A stretch of 56,683 nt of DNA, counting the filler, from Jimgerdemannia flammicorona (taxonomy: Eukaryota): the NCBI GenBank assembly GCA_003990765.1. It is 3 parts of 3 records of this genome, joined end to end, with 100 filler letters (N's around TTAATTAATTAA, not from the genome) between each part and the next. Parts side by side here need not be neighbours in the genome. Positions count along the whole stretch, not along the records: positions 1 to 18,830 come from RBNJ01002098.1; 2 more parts are not named here. The stretch is one strand, 5' to 3'. A program made the position numbers and the translations under genes. Positions 1 through 11,146 of the stretch are shown here, piece by piece (the stretch's first letter is position 1; every line of letters starts with the position of its first letter). Below the pieces are notes generated by a model that was not told the DNA's origin, did no database searches, and worked only from the letters and a program-made list of their open reading frames with translations.

Positions 1-67
1 AAAAAAAAAAAAAAAAAAAAAAAAAAAAGACATAAAGAAAGGAGATGAAGAGGATACAGAAGTCTTC

Positions 68-1545
68 ATGCACTCAGTATATAAGAATAAGAGTAAGACA
101 CCTAAGCTCATAGATGAGCAGTGGTATAATAAGATCATTGATGATTATACTCCTCAAGAAATATACCTCCATGGTACTAGGATGTATTGCTCTGAACATC
201 TAAATGACTGCTGGTCCTGCATCAGTAAAGTCAGAAAAATCTATCAACAAAGATATGAGTAAGAAGCTGCTGAAGCAAAGAAGAAAGCTGAAGAAGATGA
301 CCAACCCCCAGAGCTTTAAGCTAATAGTGATGATGAGGAGGAACAAGAACTAGACATTACCCTCAAGATTAAGAAGTTTCACCCTAAAGTCAAGATCTCA
401 GAATATAAGATTGAAGGAGCTATAGGAATAGACCTTGCTAGCATCTAAGATGCTATCCTTGAATTACAAACTATTACTCTACTTGATACTGGAATTAGAG
501 TTAAGTTGCCAGAAAACTATACTGGAATTATCAAGACCAGGAGCAGTCTGGTTAAGAGCAAAATCTCAGTTGAAGGAAGAGTTATTAACTCTGATTAAAC
601 TGGTGAGATCTTCCTTATAGTCAGGAATCACAACTCCACCACTCTATTCAAAGTCAAAAAGTATGATAGAATTAGCCTAATACTAATCTATGAAGTCAAA
701 GAGTCTAAGATCACTGAAGCCATTGAACTTATCAAGACTAAGAGAGAAGAATAAGATTTTGGATCTACTAGAAAAGAAGTCTATACTGCTATCAAGATTA
801 CTGAACTCAAGCATAAGAAAGATAAGGACCAGAATAAGTATACATATACCATTAGAGAAAACTTTCCCCTAGAAGAACAACTTCTCAAGATCCTGTACCA
901 AAATAAAGGAGTACTCACTATAGACTTCAGAGATATTTATAATCAAGAACCCAAGTACTATCACAAAGTTGACACCAGTGATACCAAGCCCATCTACCAG
1001 AAAGCCAGACCTATACTATCTACCTACAGAGAATGGCTGTGAGCAGAACTCAAGAAAATAGAAGAAGTCAGTATTATCAAGTAAACTATTAGCCCCTGGG
1101 CTTTACCCATTATTCTTACTTCAAAGAAAGAAAGTAAGTCTGGAGAGTTTGTCCCAAGACTCTGTATTGATTATAGAAAGCTCAATACAATTATCAAGAA
1201 GGATAGACAGCTCTTGCTAAATATTCAAGAAATTCTTATCACTCTTAAAAGTGAAGCCAAATACTACACTACCTTGGATCTGTTCTCAGGCTTCTATCAG
1301 ATTGGTCTTACTCAATATATCAGTGAGAAATCAGTCTTTATCACACTATGCTACCTATGTCTACCTGTGAATGTTATTTGAAATGTACAATACTCTAGCA
1401 AGTTTTTAGTAAATGATAAATAGAGTTTTTAGCAATGAGATTGGAAAATAGCTCTTTGTCTATATAGATTCTATGAAGATTGAGATTATTGCAGCCTACC
1501 CAAGATACAGAATAACTACAGAAGTCCATATCTTCTTTAGAAAAC
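68..1545 (+). mobile_element. Degenerate Ty3/gypsy LTR-retrotransposon pol fragment (dUTPase followed by reverse transcriptase)
   Basis: One frame from 68 with in-frame stops. RT motifs SPWALPII...PRLCIDYRKLN...YYTTLDLFSGFYQI; after a frameshift, *MLFEMYNTLASF**MINRVF (eroded RMPFGMCNAPASFQRMM) and LFVYID at about 1452-1469. An apparent internal deletion then leads to KIEIIAAYP...TEVHIF. Confidence 0.9.
347..772 (+). pseudogene. dUTPase domain in the retrotransposon pol, upstream of RT
   Basis: Manual translation LKIKKFHP...GAIGIDL...DTGIRVKLP...IKTRSSL...EGRVINSD*TGEI...YDRISLIL...KREE*DFGSTR shows eroded versions of all five trimeric dUTPase motifs. Confidence 0.88.
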
Positions 1546-3391
1546 TAATTGTACTTTAACATTGAGAGCTCATATGGTGGCAAATTGTTCAAAGTCTTCA
1601 ATAAAGGTCAAGATTGACTCTTTAGTAGTAAATCTATAGAATATAGGTAGATATATTTCTATTTTGTCTTAAATTCTTATAGGGGTAACTCTTGTAGTCA
1701 GAGTAGTTATTATAGTAGTTATTCATTATTTAGCTTAAAAGTGAGAGATCCTAATGTTATTACTAGCTAATGGGCACCAAGTTGTCATATAGTAGATACT
1801 AAGTTCTCTAAGTATATCTGATTCTCTTCAAGATAAATCTCTTAGATCAACTATAAGTTTCTTATAAGCAAGTTCTATTGGAGTACCTTCTCAAGATCTT
1901 ATAGTCCTCAAACTTCTTATCTTTAAACTGTTCTGTTGTCTCTTAGATTTACTTATATGGAATTGAGTAGAGGACTAAAATCTTTTATACTCTTGAGTGA
2001 TTAGATATTTGAATGCTTGAGTGTTTTTAATACTGACTTTATTTTGAAGAAATGAGAGGGATATTTATATAGAATATAATTCAATAATTGCTAAGATATA
2101 AAGTTAAATATAAAATCTAATAATCAAATAAGATATTTAAATACAAGAAACTTCAGATTGTAAGTACAAATTTAAGTATCCATATAATTGGTTATATAAG
2201 ATTAGAATGTTGGAATAACTTCTGATAGTTATATAAAGTCTGAATGTTGGAATATTTAAGTATTCAAATAAATAGTTATATAAATAAATTAGAGTAGAAT
2301 GTTCAAAATTCTTGAGGCTTCATCTTTATTACTATCATTAAGACTGGAGATTAGAAATGAGATATCTTCAAAAAAAATAAGGTCAGTGAGTATTTCTGTA
2401 AGTGTTTCATTTATTTCATATATATCAGTTAGTAGGATAGTATCATTAATGATGATATCATCATGTTTGGTAATAGTGGCAAGGAGATCAGAGGCTCTCT
2501 AATCTATAATGTTTTCTTTCACAAAGTAGGAGACAAAGGTGGAATCTTAAGAAGATCTGACCTAGATACTAGGGCCTTGGAATACTGAGATTAATCCTTA
2601 CAGGAATTGATCTGAATTATCCTCAAAGATGGGATTCCAGAACTCTTCTACCTTATTACTTTTGAGAATAATAGTAGATTAGACTTCTATAGCCACTATG
2701 GCTTCTAGTGCATCTGTATAGCAGGCTGACAATTCCTTGAAGTCTGAGACTCTGGTATACTCCAAGTTGAAGATTGACTAAGATATATATCTAAAGATCT
2801 GATAAATCTTTTTGACTACTCTCAATTTATATATATCTATAGAGATAATATCTTGTATCTCTTAGAGACTGGCCTGAGGAAATTTCCAATAGAGAAGATT
2901 TCCTATTTCATATTCCTATCACATCCAGAGGTATTCAGTAGTGGTAGTAATCCTTATCTCCATTTCATAGTGATAGAGAGTAAAGTGATAAGAGTTATCA
3001 GTATTTAAGTTGAGACTAAAAATCCTTCTAGTATAAGTCCTCATAACTCTCTTAATATCTTGGAACATCCTTTCTTAAACTGAGAGGCCTTGGTGGTTTC
3101 TGAACCTTGAGGTTTGACAAGTGGCAGGCATTTTATTTATAATGAGTCTTTTGAACTATTTCAGAATTTTGTAAGTCTTGTTTGAGTTACTACTACTATA
3201 GTTTCTTGGTTCTTCTTTTATATTCCTTAAGATATCTATCTTATAGTCATTATGACTCATAGTTAGTCATCATTGCTCATCTTGTAGCCTGGGTGAGTTA
3301 TGCTATATGATCTTCTTGTACTCTGATCTGGTGGCTTATAAGGAAAGACTGTCTTCTGTAATGATGTCACTATTCTGAAATCACTGTTACA
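1546..3391 (-). mobile_element. Degenerate LTR-retroelement 5' part: LTR about 3170-3391 plus decayed ORFs
   Basis: The 222-bp segment is bounded by TGTAA...TTACA (3170-3391). On the minus strand an ATG at 3131 opens a stop-riddled ORF, and a gag-like fragment (SILTFIEDFEQFA) lies near 1570-1620. CpG-depleted. Confidence 0.5.
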
Positions 3392-3929
3392 ATATTTAAA
3401 AGAGCCTATACTTTTACTTAGTGAGATTATATTAATGAAAATATCTCAGACTTTGATATCTTTGTTGATGATGCTCTAATTATTGTTAAAGAAACTAATA
3501 AACTTTTTAACAAAACTTATATTATTCTTAATTATACTTCTTATTATTATCTCTAAGTTCTTAATATTTATTATATTAAAACTAATATTACTTATCTCAA
3601 AGACCAAGACTTCACTATTACTACTTTAGAAATAAAAAATAACCAACTAGAACAAAAACTAAAATCTCTGCAAACACAAGAGAGACATCTGAGTTTTTTT
3701 TAGTAGATCATTACTTTGTCTCTTAGTTATTTCAGTAATTAAAATTAAAATAATGCAGGGGAAAGAGAAAAGGTTTTAGAAAGGATTAAAAAGTTATGAG
3801 TAAAATGGCAAAAATAAATTTTCGAGCTGATGCATTGGGTGACATCAAATATTCACTTGTCTGGTTTTGTTGCAGCACGCCCCATATAACAAGCTCGCCA
3901 GAGAAATCACGTGATTCTGGCCCATCGGT

Positions 3930-6113
3930 CTATCTTTGTTCTATCTTGCCGACGACGAATTTGTCAGAAAGTCTGGGCCTTCTCTTGATCTTGGGGAACG
4001 CCGATCCCGAGCAGAACGACGACCCTGCCGCCTCCTGTGGTGGTGCGGCTCGAGGCCTCCCCAACAGAAGTAAACTGGGTCGGCGCTCGCGACCTTCATT
4101 CCTTTGTGCTGGGTATACGGCCGTCTTGAGCATCTCGTAAATCGAGGATTCATGTATCTCCGGAATAGGGAATTGCCAACTTGAAACCCCGAGTCGCGCC
4201 AGATTGTTGCCACCGATACCAGATCGAAGGAGCCAGAGGTATAGGTCGTGGTCATTTCTATTTTCTATATTATGATCGTGACCATGGCTCTTGGGCACGA
4301 TGTCCAAGTAATGTAATCTCGTCAGGAAAAACCGGGCATGGCGTTTCCGTTCCGGGCCAATCCTCGTATGCTTAATATGAAAGCCTCGCAAGCCCCCCGT
4401 TTGAAAACTCTGAGAAGCCAGGCCAAAGCCGAGCTGTCTGTCTCCTGGGTGATGGCTTCGTACATGTGGCTGATCCATTTGACGTTGCGCAGTCGAGCCG
4501 CCGCTCCCGAGCTCTTCCTACAGGTCGCCGTCTTGTACCAACGGAAAGCGAGCTTGTCATCACTTTGAGTCCCATACCCATTGTCGAAGCACCAGGCGAG
4601 ATAGAATTGTCCTTTAATATCGCCACCTTCCGCCGACCGCTTGAAGCATCTGCGTCTTCTCCGAGAGCCCTATTGCAAAGCCCAAGAGCGCGCTGCGACA
4701 ACGGCTGGTGCAGGGACTCGGATTGTTCGAATTGCCTGATGGCATCCGAGAATCTTTCTTTCGAAAAGTAGTAGGCCGCCTTTAAATATTTCCTTCTGGG
4801 AGTTGAGAGTCTGTCAATTTCATAGTCGGTAATGACTATACTTGATTGGAACGGATCGATCTCAGGGAAGGGATCGTTTGGGGATTCCGGCGTTTCGGGA
4901 CGTGTTATAACAGGGATCGTTGTAGCGATAGTGTTCAGCGACAAGGTAGGAAATGCTAAAGGCGGTGGGGCATTATCCATATATACGTTTAAAAAATCCT
5001 GTGCGACTGCGAGCGATGGACGTAAGGTTGGATCTAACGCCAAGAACGAGCTCACGAGACGTTGAAAGACGCGAGGAAGGTTGCCATGAAGGCTTCCAAC
5101 GTACTGGAGTTGATCGCCATCCTTGCGCTTGGCAATACTGATGGACAGGTCGTTCATGTCACCATATGGTTGTTTTCCATCTGTAACGACCTCCCACATG
5201 ACAAGGCCAAACTCGTAGTTATCACTCAGGACGGACTCTGAATGAGTGAAATTTTTTCCAGGATACTCGAGACGCTCCGGGGCAACGTACCGAAGGGTAA
5301 GGCCGAGCTGAGAACCTCTTCCTAGGGAGGAAAAAGTCTTGCTGATGCCAAAATCTGCGAGCTTGATTGACAATTTCAGCGAAAATGTTCATGTATGACG
5401 GGTTCCCAGATGGTATGGTGACAATAAATTTGAAAGAGAGAGAGATTAGAGGAAGGAGAAGAAGGGATGGTGGGGAAGGATGACTAATCCGCGAGTATCT
5501 GAAGCAACGAGATCCGACAGATACCTACCTTCGGGGTAAGAAATTGATCGAGCAAAATGTTCGTTGCCTTCAAATCTCCATGGATGATGCCCTCGGCATG
5601 GGCAGAATCCAATCCTTTCGCAACATCTACGCAAATTCGGGCCTGGGGCACGAGAGAAATTCGCAAGTTAGAGTAATGTCGATCGGGTGATCCAAAGATG
5701 TGAAATTGAAAACCATGTCGCACCTTCATGGACCAATCGTTCTTCAGTTTTCCGGCACAGAGGTACTTCTTGAGGTCGCCGTTCTCCGCATACTTCATTA
5801 CGATCGACAACATAGTGTCATCGTGGTAATAGCCGAGGACTTCAGCCGCCCGAGCTGTCTCAGTTCGTTCCGTATCCCCTTCAAATCATGAGCGCCTAGC
5901 GGGGATACTATAACCTGCTTGACTGCGACGGTAGCACCCTTTGTAGACCTTACCAAACCCTCCTTGCCCGATTTTGTCGCCCAATTCAACGCTGTCCGGG
6001 AAGAGGCGCGGAATACGAGGAAGGGAGGGGTGCCTTATGGGTCTTAATGCGAATCGCTTGTTTTGAATGATCTTTCCGACGATCCAGGCAGTGTTCAGCT
6101 CGCTGTTGCTCAT
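3930..6113 (-). pseudogene. Tyrosine-kinase-like protein kinase with C-terminal Sel1-like repeats, frameshifted
   Basis: Motifs IGQGGFGKVYKG, VAVK, MKYAENGDL, IIHGDLKATNILLD, LADFG, YVAPE and FGLVMWEV, plus SLR-like FYLAWCFDNGYGTQSDDKLAFRWYK. Two GT-AG introns. Frameshifts between YKG and ATVAVK, after RLKSS and within the SLR region. The 3' end is approximate. Confidence 0.85.
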
Positions 6114-6242
6114 TGTGATGAGGGGTAATGGGTTACCATTGAACGTGTCAAATCCAAGCGAACTGTGGCGTAGCAACCGCGGAACATATGTTTAAATTGG
6201 ACGTCGAACTATATATATATAACTTCAATGAAAAGTGCTAAG

Positions 6243-6313
6243 GTCGACAACCGAGAATTACGATTGTCGACAACCGAGAATTACGATTGTCGACAACCGA
6301 GAATTACGATTGT
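6243..6313. repeat. Perfect 23-bp tandem repeat x3 (GTCGACAACCGAGAATTACGATT)
   Basis: Three identical adjacent copies with no spacers, lying between the MFS gene 3' end and the kinase start. Confidence 0.95.
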
Positions 6314-6382
6314 GTGCTAAGACAATTACAATAGAAAATTAACCATATTCCTCGAAACTGAGGAACTTCACAACCAAAAACA

Positions 6383-6789
6383 TCAGTAAACCTCCGTCAG
6401 TTCGGTGTCGTTTGAATCCGCATTGCCTTGCTCGTCCTTCCCTCTCTGGGATTGCTCCACATCCATGCGTAAATTTCGGCTCCTGTAGAACATGATGACG
6501 ACACCTGCAAGAGCACAAAGAACGCCGTCAAAGATGAGTGCGTTCCTCATATTCCTCGGAGGGGAGCCAACGCCATCGGGCTGGCGTAATCCATCGTTGA
6601 TTACAAGGAAGATGACGGTGAAGAGCTCGCCAGCGCCCCAGAGGATGGATGAGCTCGTCGATTCCGATATCGGATACGTGCCTAATAAACGTGAAGGATG
6701 TCGCAGATCAGTACATTGAAAAGGACTATAGAAAACACCAAATCGACGATATTTTATATTAAACAGGATACAGAAGGCAATGCAGATTT

Positions 6790-6844
<55 letters not shown>

Positions 6845-8789
6845 CGTACTTTCGACCCCGAGCTCTAGGGCCACTGGCAGCAAGCTGAAGGACGTCAGGC
6901 CAATCAGGGCCGACATTACAGCGATAGCCGCATAGTTATTTCCACCGACTATAGTGACGAATTAAAATGATTCGTTCGGGTATGGTTATTCGGGTATGGT
7001 TAATACATGGATTGATAAAGCACAGCAGGGATAGAAAATCCACACTAGTACCTAAAGCGTCTCAGACGAGATTTTGTGGGCCAATGAGCCTATAAAACCT
7101 TCTGCTCAGCAACTTCAAACTCCATAAAGTGACCCGATCCCACACCATATATATCAAATAACCGATAAAAAAAAAAAAAAAAAAAAAACATACCAACAAA
7201 AATAAACACGATATACACAATCGCCATAACTGGCATGATGATCTTCGCAAACAACTTATGCTGCTTCGTGCGATCGACGAAAGGCCCAGCGAGACCCGCG
7301 CCGATGAGCCCGGCAACGACCATAATAGCCCCAAATATACCGGCATCGTCGTCCGAGTAGCCGTAGGGGACAACGATCTGGTTCAGGAGGGTGGAAAAGG
7401 CAGAAAAGAGACCGACACCGATAGAAAAGGTCAGCAGGAGGATCAGGAAGTGAACGTTGCATGCCAGCTTCATCAGGCCCGGAAAGAAGGGTTCGTGCTC
7501 TGTGGAAGCCGAGTAGCTGGGTGGCGTGGGAGGGTGGGCGGGGATGAAGAATACCGGGGTGGTGACAACAGTGGTGATGATTGCCACGATCAGGATCTGA
7601 GGTTGATAAATATGTGAAATTCAAATAGACGTGTTGAGATGAGGGGATCAAGGGGGGATATGGATAGGTGGAATGATGGATTCGAAGTTCCGTGTTAATT
7701 AAGGCTACGATAAGAGATGATCGCGCGTAAAACATACCCCAAATGTATATGACGAGACATCAGGGACCAATGCAGGGATGATCAGATCGGCAACCGCAAC
7801 GCCAAGAGGATTTGCTTTGTATGGTAAGAATATGGATTTGATAATCAGAAAGAAACATGGAACGTTAATAAAAATGAACATAGTAATGGCGATGTACTGA
7901 ACTGATTGCAGTCACCCCCCATTGCCACCTAAAGCACAAGTAAAAAAAGATCTCATACATATAGATCCAACCATGTTGGCAGTCGCGCGGCCATTTTCAG
8001 TGAACCATATAGCGGCATACTGGAATTTTAGTATTGGTCGAATTGAACATATTAGCAATTGAGAAGAGCTGAAAATAAATAGATCAAACACAATGCGAAA
8101 AGAATACTCACCATGGTGGGTGCATTCAAGATGAACGGTTGAGCTAGTCCGCACAAGATCTGCCAGCATCGCAACAAAAAAATGTATAGACGAATGGTAT
8201 TTATTCGGCTCCGCCATAAACCATGTCTGATGCCGACCTGGAGAAACGAAAGTTATTTGATTTGTAAAACAAAACGCAACGAGAATGACGCACACCTGTC
8301 CAAACATGACGGCTCTATATTTTGTAGCGGGCGACGTCGAAAACGTGGCGAAATACTTGACCCAGGACCCAAAGGCCTGCCCAATAGCTCCTGTTAAAAG
8401 CTTATGCCGTCATTGTTTTGTAGTAAAGGATGTGTTCATCAGTCGATACATGTTAAGATGGATACACGAATTCAATAAATTCTGCCCACCCCAGTCTTGG
8501 TCCCGAATCGAGCAATCATCCAACCGGAAAGCCAGGAAGTGACAAGGAAAGACAGTGGGAAGGCCGTGGACAGCATGTTTACCGCCGTCAGGTCGGTCGA
8601 GAAGTAGGTGGCTGCGAACTGAGGCGCCGGGCTGAAGCTGAGCCAGTTGATGGACGAGACGATGTTGAGCAACGCGATCATGACGAGGCCGAAGTAACGG
8701 ATCGGATATGTGCGAAAGGGTGTGGGCATGGCGGGATCGGAGCTGGGCTCGACGACCAGCTCAACAGAGGTCCGTGCGATATTGCTCAT
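6383..8789 (-). CDS. MFS transporter, FLVCR/MFSD7/SLC49-like (multi-exon)
   Basis: Exons read FRTYPIRYFGL...WLSFSP, GQILCGLAQPFILNAP, YAAIWFTENGRATAN, NPLGVA, PPTPPSYSA, LLNQIVVPYGYSDDDAG, LPVALELGVE and TYPISESTSS. They are separated by GT-AG introns. Confidence 0.9.
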
Positions 8790-9214
8790 GGTGTGAAATC
8801 GAGTTCACAGGATGAAGGGAAGGAAAGTTCAGAGTCGCCTGAGTGTCACTGTCACACGCGGCACTCGTGATCGGAACAAATTATCCTGAAACCTGCCCAT
8901 ACGGCACTCATTCCATAGACGCGCGAAAGGGTCGGAACTTTCGGATCGGCTTACGCGGATACTCTACAAGAGGTATTACCCTGCAGTTTCGCTAATGATC
9001 AGTATGGTAACTCGAGTAATTTCTTTAGTGGCTTATGCTTACATGTAAACGTCGTCATCAACACGTCATCAATTTGCAACGCGTAACTTGAGTATCAATA
9101 AACAATCCTCGTTCTTCCAATAATTCCACTGCAGTATGTAAAGGTTATCTTTATACAACCCGCCTGGGCTCCATCTCGTGAAAGGCCTATTGAACTCAAC
9201 ATCAATGCCGAGGG

Positions 9215-9445
9215 TAAGGTTTCGAATGGGTCAGATCGGATCGGATTGGGAATCAGATTGGATACAGATATAAACCAGCTCAAAGTTATTTACTACACCC
9301 AACAAAATACTGAATAGCTGATTGGTGACTACATGGATAAATACGTAACTAATCCGAAAATGTATTCGGATCATGTTTTCGGATCAGGATCGGATCAGGA
9401 TCGGATCGAAATGACCCATTTTACTGTGAACCGTTCGGAGCCTTA
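9215..9445. mobile_element. MITE-like element with 15-bp imperfect TIRs and internal GGATC repeats
   Basis: Left TAAGGTTTCGAATGG versus reverse complement of the right end TAAGGCTCCGAACGG, differing only by C/T. Flanks gccgaggg and gcttgaggg resemble an imperfect TSD. Confidence 0.65.
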
Positions 9446-10042
9446 GCTTGAGGGACGTTATTCCAATTTTTCACGCGAGACACAATTTGTTTTTTTTTTT
9501 TTTTTTTTGTCTTTTGTTTTTTTTTTTTGTTTTGGCCCAGCAGAACATTGGCATCCTTCAAAATAACATTTTACCCTCACGTCCCTAGGTTCTTGTAACC
9601 CTACCTCTCCTATGCCCATAACAACCGTATTCTGTACTATAGTGCACTCCAAATCACGATGCCTCTCGTGGAGTAAAAGCTCTCATATCTCATGGTAATG
9701 TATTGTGCATCGAACAACTTCATGTATAGATTATCAAACTGGTCTTACTACAATGTCGACGTGATCGCGCATTCATGCACAAGGTCTATTTCTTTACTTT
9801 TACGGACTGATATTTTGATGGAATATGTATTTCTACAAAGGATCGAGATTCCTCACGCTCACATGGGTTGATCACACAACAAGATCGAAGAATGTACGGA
9901 GATGTCGGCCCACGATGTTCTACAAAAAGCATCGGATCAATCAGTCAAACCGTGATTTTTGGTGTTAGCATCCAGATGCTTGCTGCACGGTCACACATAA
10001 CAACCAATCTCCACTTATTCTACACAATAAAGTCTACTACCT

Positions 10043-10840
10043 TCAAGGCTTTCCCTCTCCCTCCATTCCAATTTTCCCGCCAACTACCTCGTTGGTCTCG
10101 TCCGCCCCATCCCACTTCCACACCCCGCTCTTCCCCCCCGTCTTTTCCAATACCCTGATCCCTTCGATCTGCATTCCCTTCCCCGCGGCTTTGCACATAT
10201 CAAACACGGTCAGCAGCGCGACGCTCACGGCTGTCAGTGCTTCCATCTCAACCCCCGTGCGCGCCACGCACTCAACGCTCGCCTCGCACCTCACGCAGCA
10301 CTCCTGTCCCTCCTTGCCTTCACTTCCGCTGCCCTCGTCAAGCCATAACCGTACGCCGACATGCGTCAACGGGACCGGGTGGCACAGTGGGATGAGTTCA
10401 CCCGTCCGCTTGGCCGCCTGGATCCCGGCCACCTGCGCCACGGTCAGGACGTCACCCTTTTTATTGACGGCGCCGCGTGAGAGCAGGCGGAAGGTCGAGG
10501 GCGGAAGGACGATGCGGCCGGCGGCGAGTGCCGTGCGATGCGTAGCAGGCTTGGGCGTCACATTAACCATGGTGGCGTGACCGGTCTTCGGGTCCGTGTG
10601 CGTCAGGGAAGGAGTCATGTCGACGGCAGGGGCAGGGGGTTTGGTTGAGTACAGACGAAGGGATGTGATGATGGCGGCGGGGGTGTGGAGAAGATGAACA
10701 GGGATCGGACGTCGCGACGTCTTGCGTGGCGTTGTGTCTGACGTCCCTAGAAGCGAGTCGACGTAACGTGTCTGAATGAAGATGCCCATCTCCGTCATGG
10801 GCATGATTGACCATCCTTCTTGGATTGTCGCAGACACCAT
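10043..10840 (-). CDS. moaC: MoaC / MOCS1B (cPMP synthase) ORF, downstream half of the MOCS1 locus
   Basis: LTHTD...[11 protein letters not shown]...[30 protein letters not shown]...[24 protein letters not shown]...KTGGKSG are MoaC signature motifs. Confidence 0.97.
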   Translation of the reverse strand: MVSATIQEGWSIMPMTEMGIFIQTRYVDSLLGTSDTTPRKTSRRPIPVHLLHTPAAIITSLRLYSTKPPAPAVDMTPSLTHTDPKTGHATMVNVTPKPATHRTALAAGRIVLPPSTFRLLSRGAVNKKGDVLTVAQVAGIQAAKRTGELIPLCHPVPLTHVGVRLWLDEGSGSEGKEGQECCVRCEASVECVARTGVEMEALTAVSVALLTVFDMCKAAGKGMQIEGIRVLEKTGGKSGVWKWDGADETNEVVGGKIGMEGEGKP

Positions 10841-11146
10841 GTGATGTCCTAATATTAAGTTTCAAACGAAACCGCAGACAACGAAAGGTCAGCAAACCGT
10901 ATACTACCACCAAAAAGCCTTCTGGCCAAGCAAACGAAATTGCCACCCACCTCTTGCCTCCCAAAATCTATCATGCGATATTCTTTTGATTCATGGTTAC
11001 ATACAGCCTCTTTCCACATACCATTTCCACTTTTGTTCATAAAATTACAATACACAATGTCCCATTCATCATCCTTCCGTATATACATTCCACCAATTAA
11101 CATACCAACCCTCCCACATCCCCACTATCCGTCCAGTTCACACACC

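Noticed and set aside
6243..6313. 23-bp repeats as a mini-CRISPR
   Set aside because: Units are directly adjacent with no spacers.
6791..6842. Long A/T homopolymers in many introns and intergenic regions
   Set aside because: Common throughout the window with unreliable lengths and no evidence of specific function.
9590..10020. Possible small gene between the MITE and moaC
   Set aside because: Only short ORFs with no recognisable motif or coherent exon structure.
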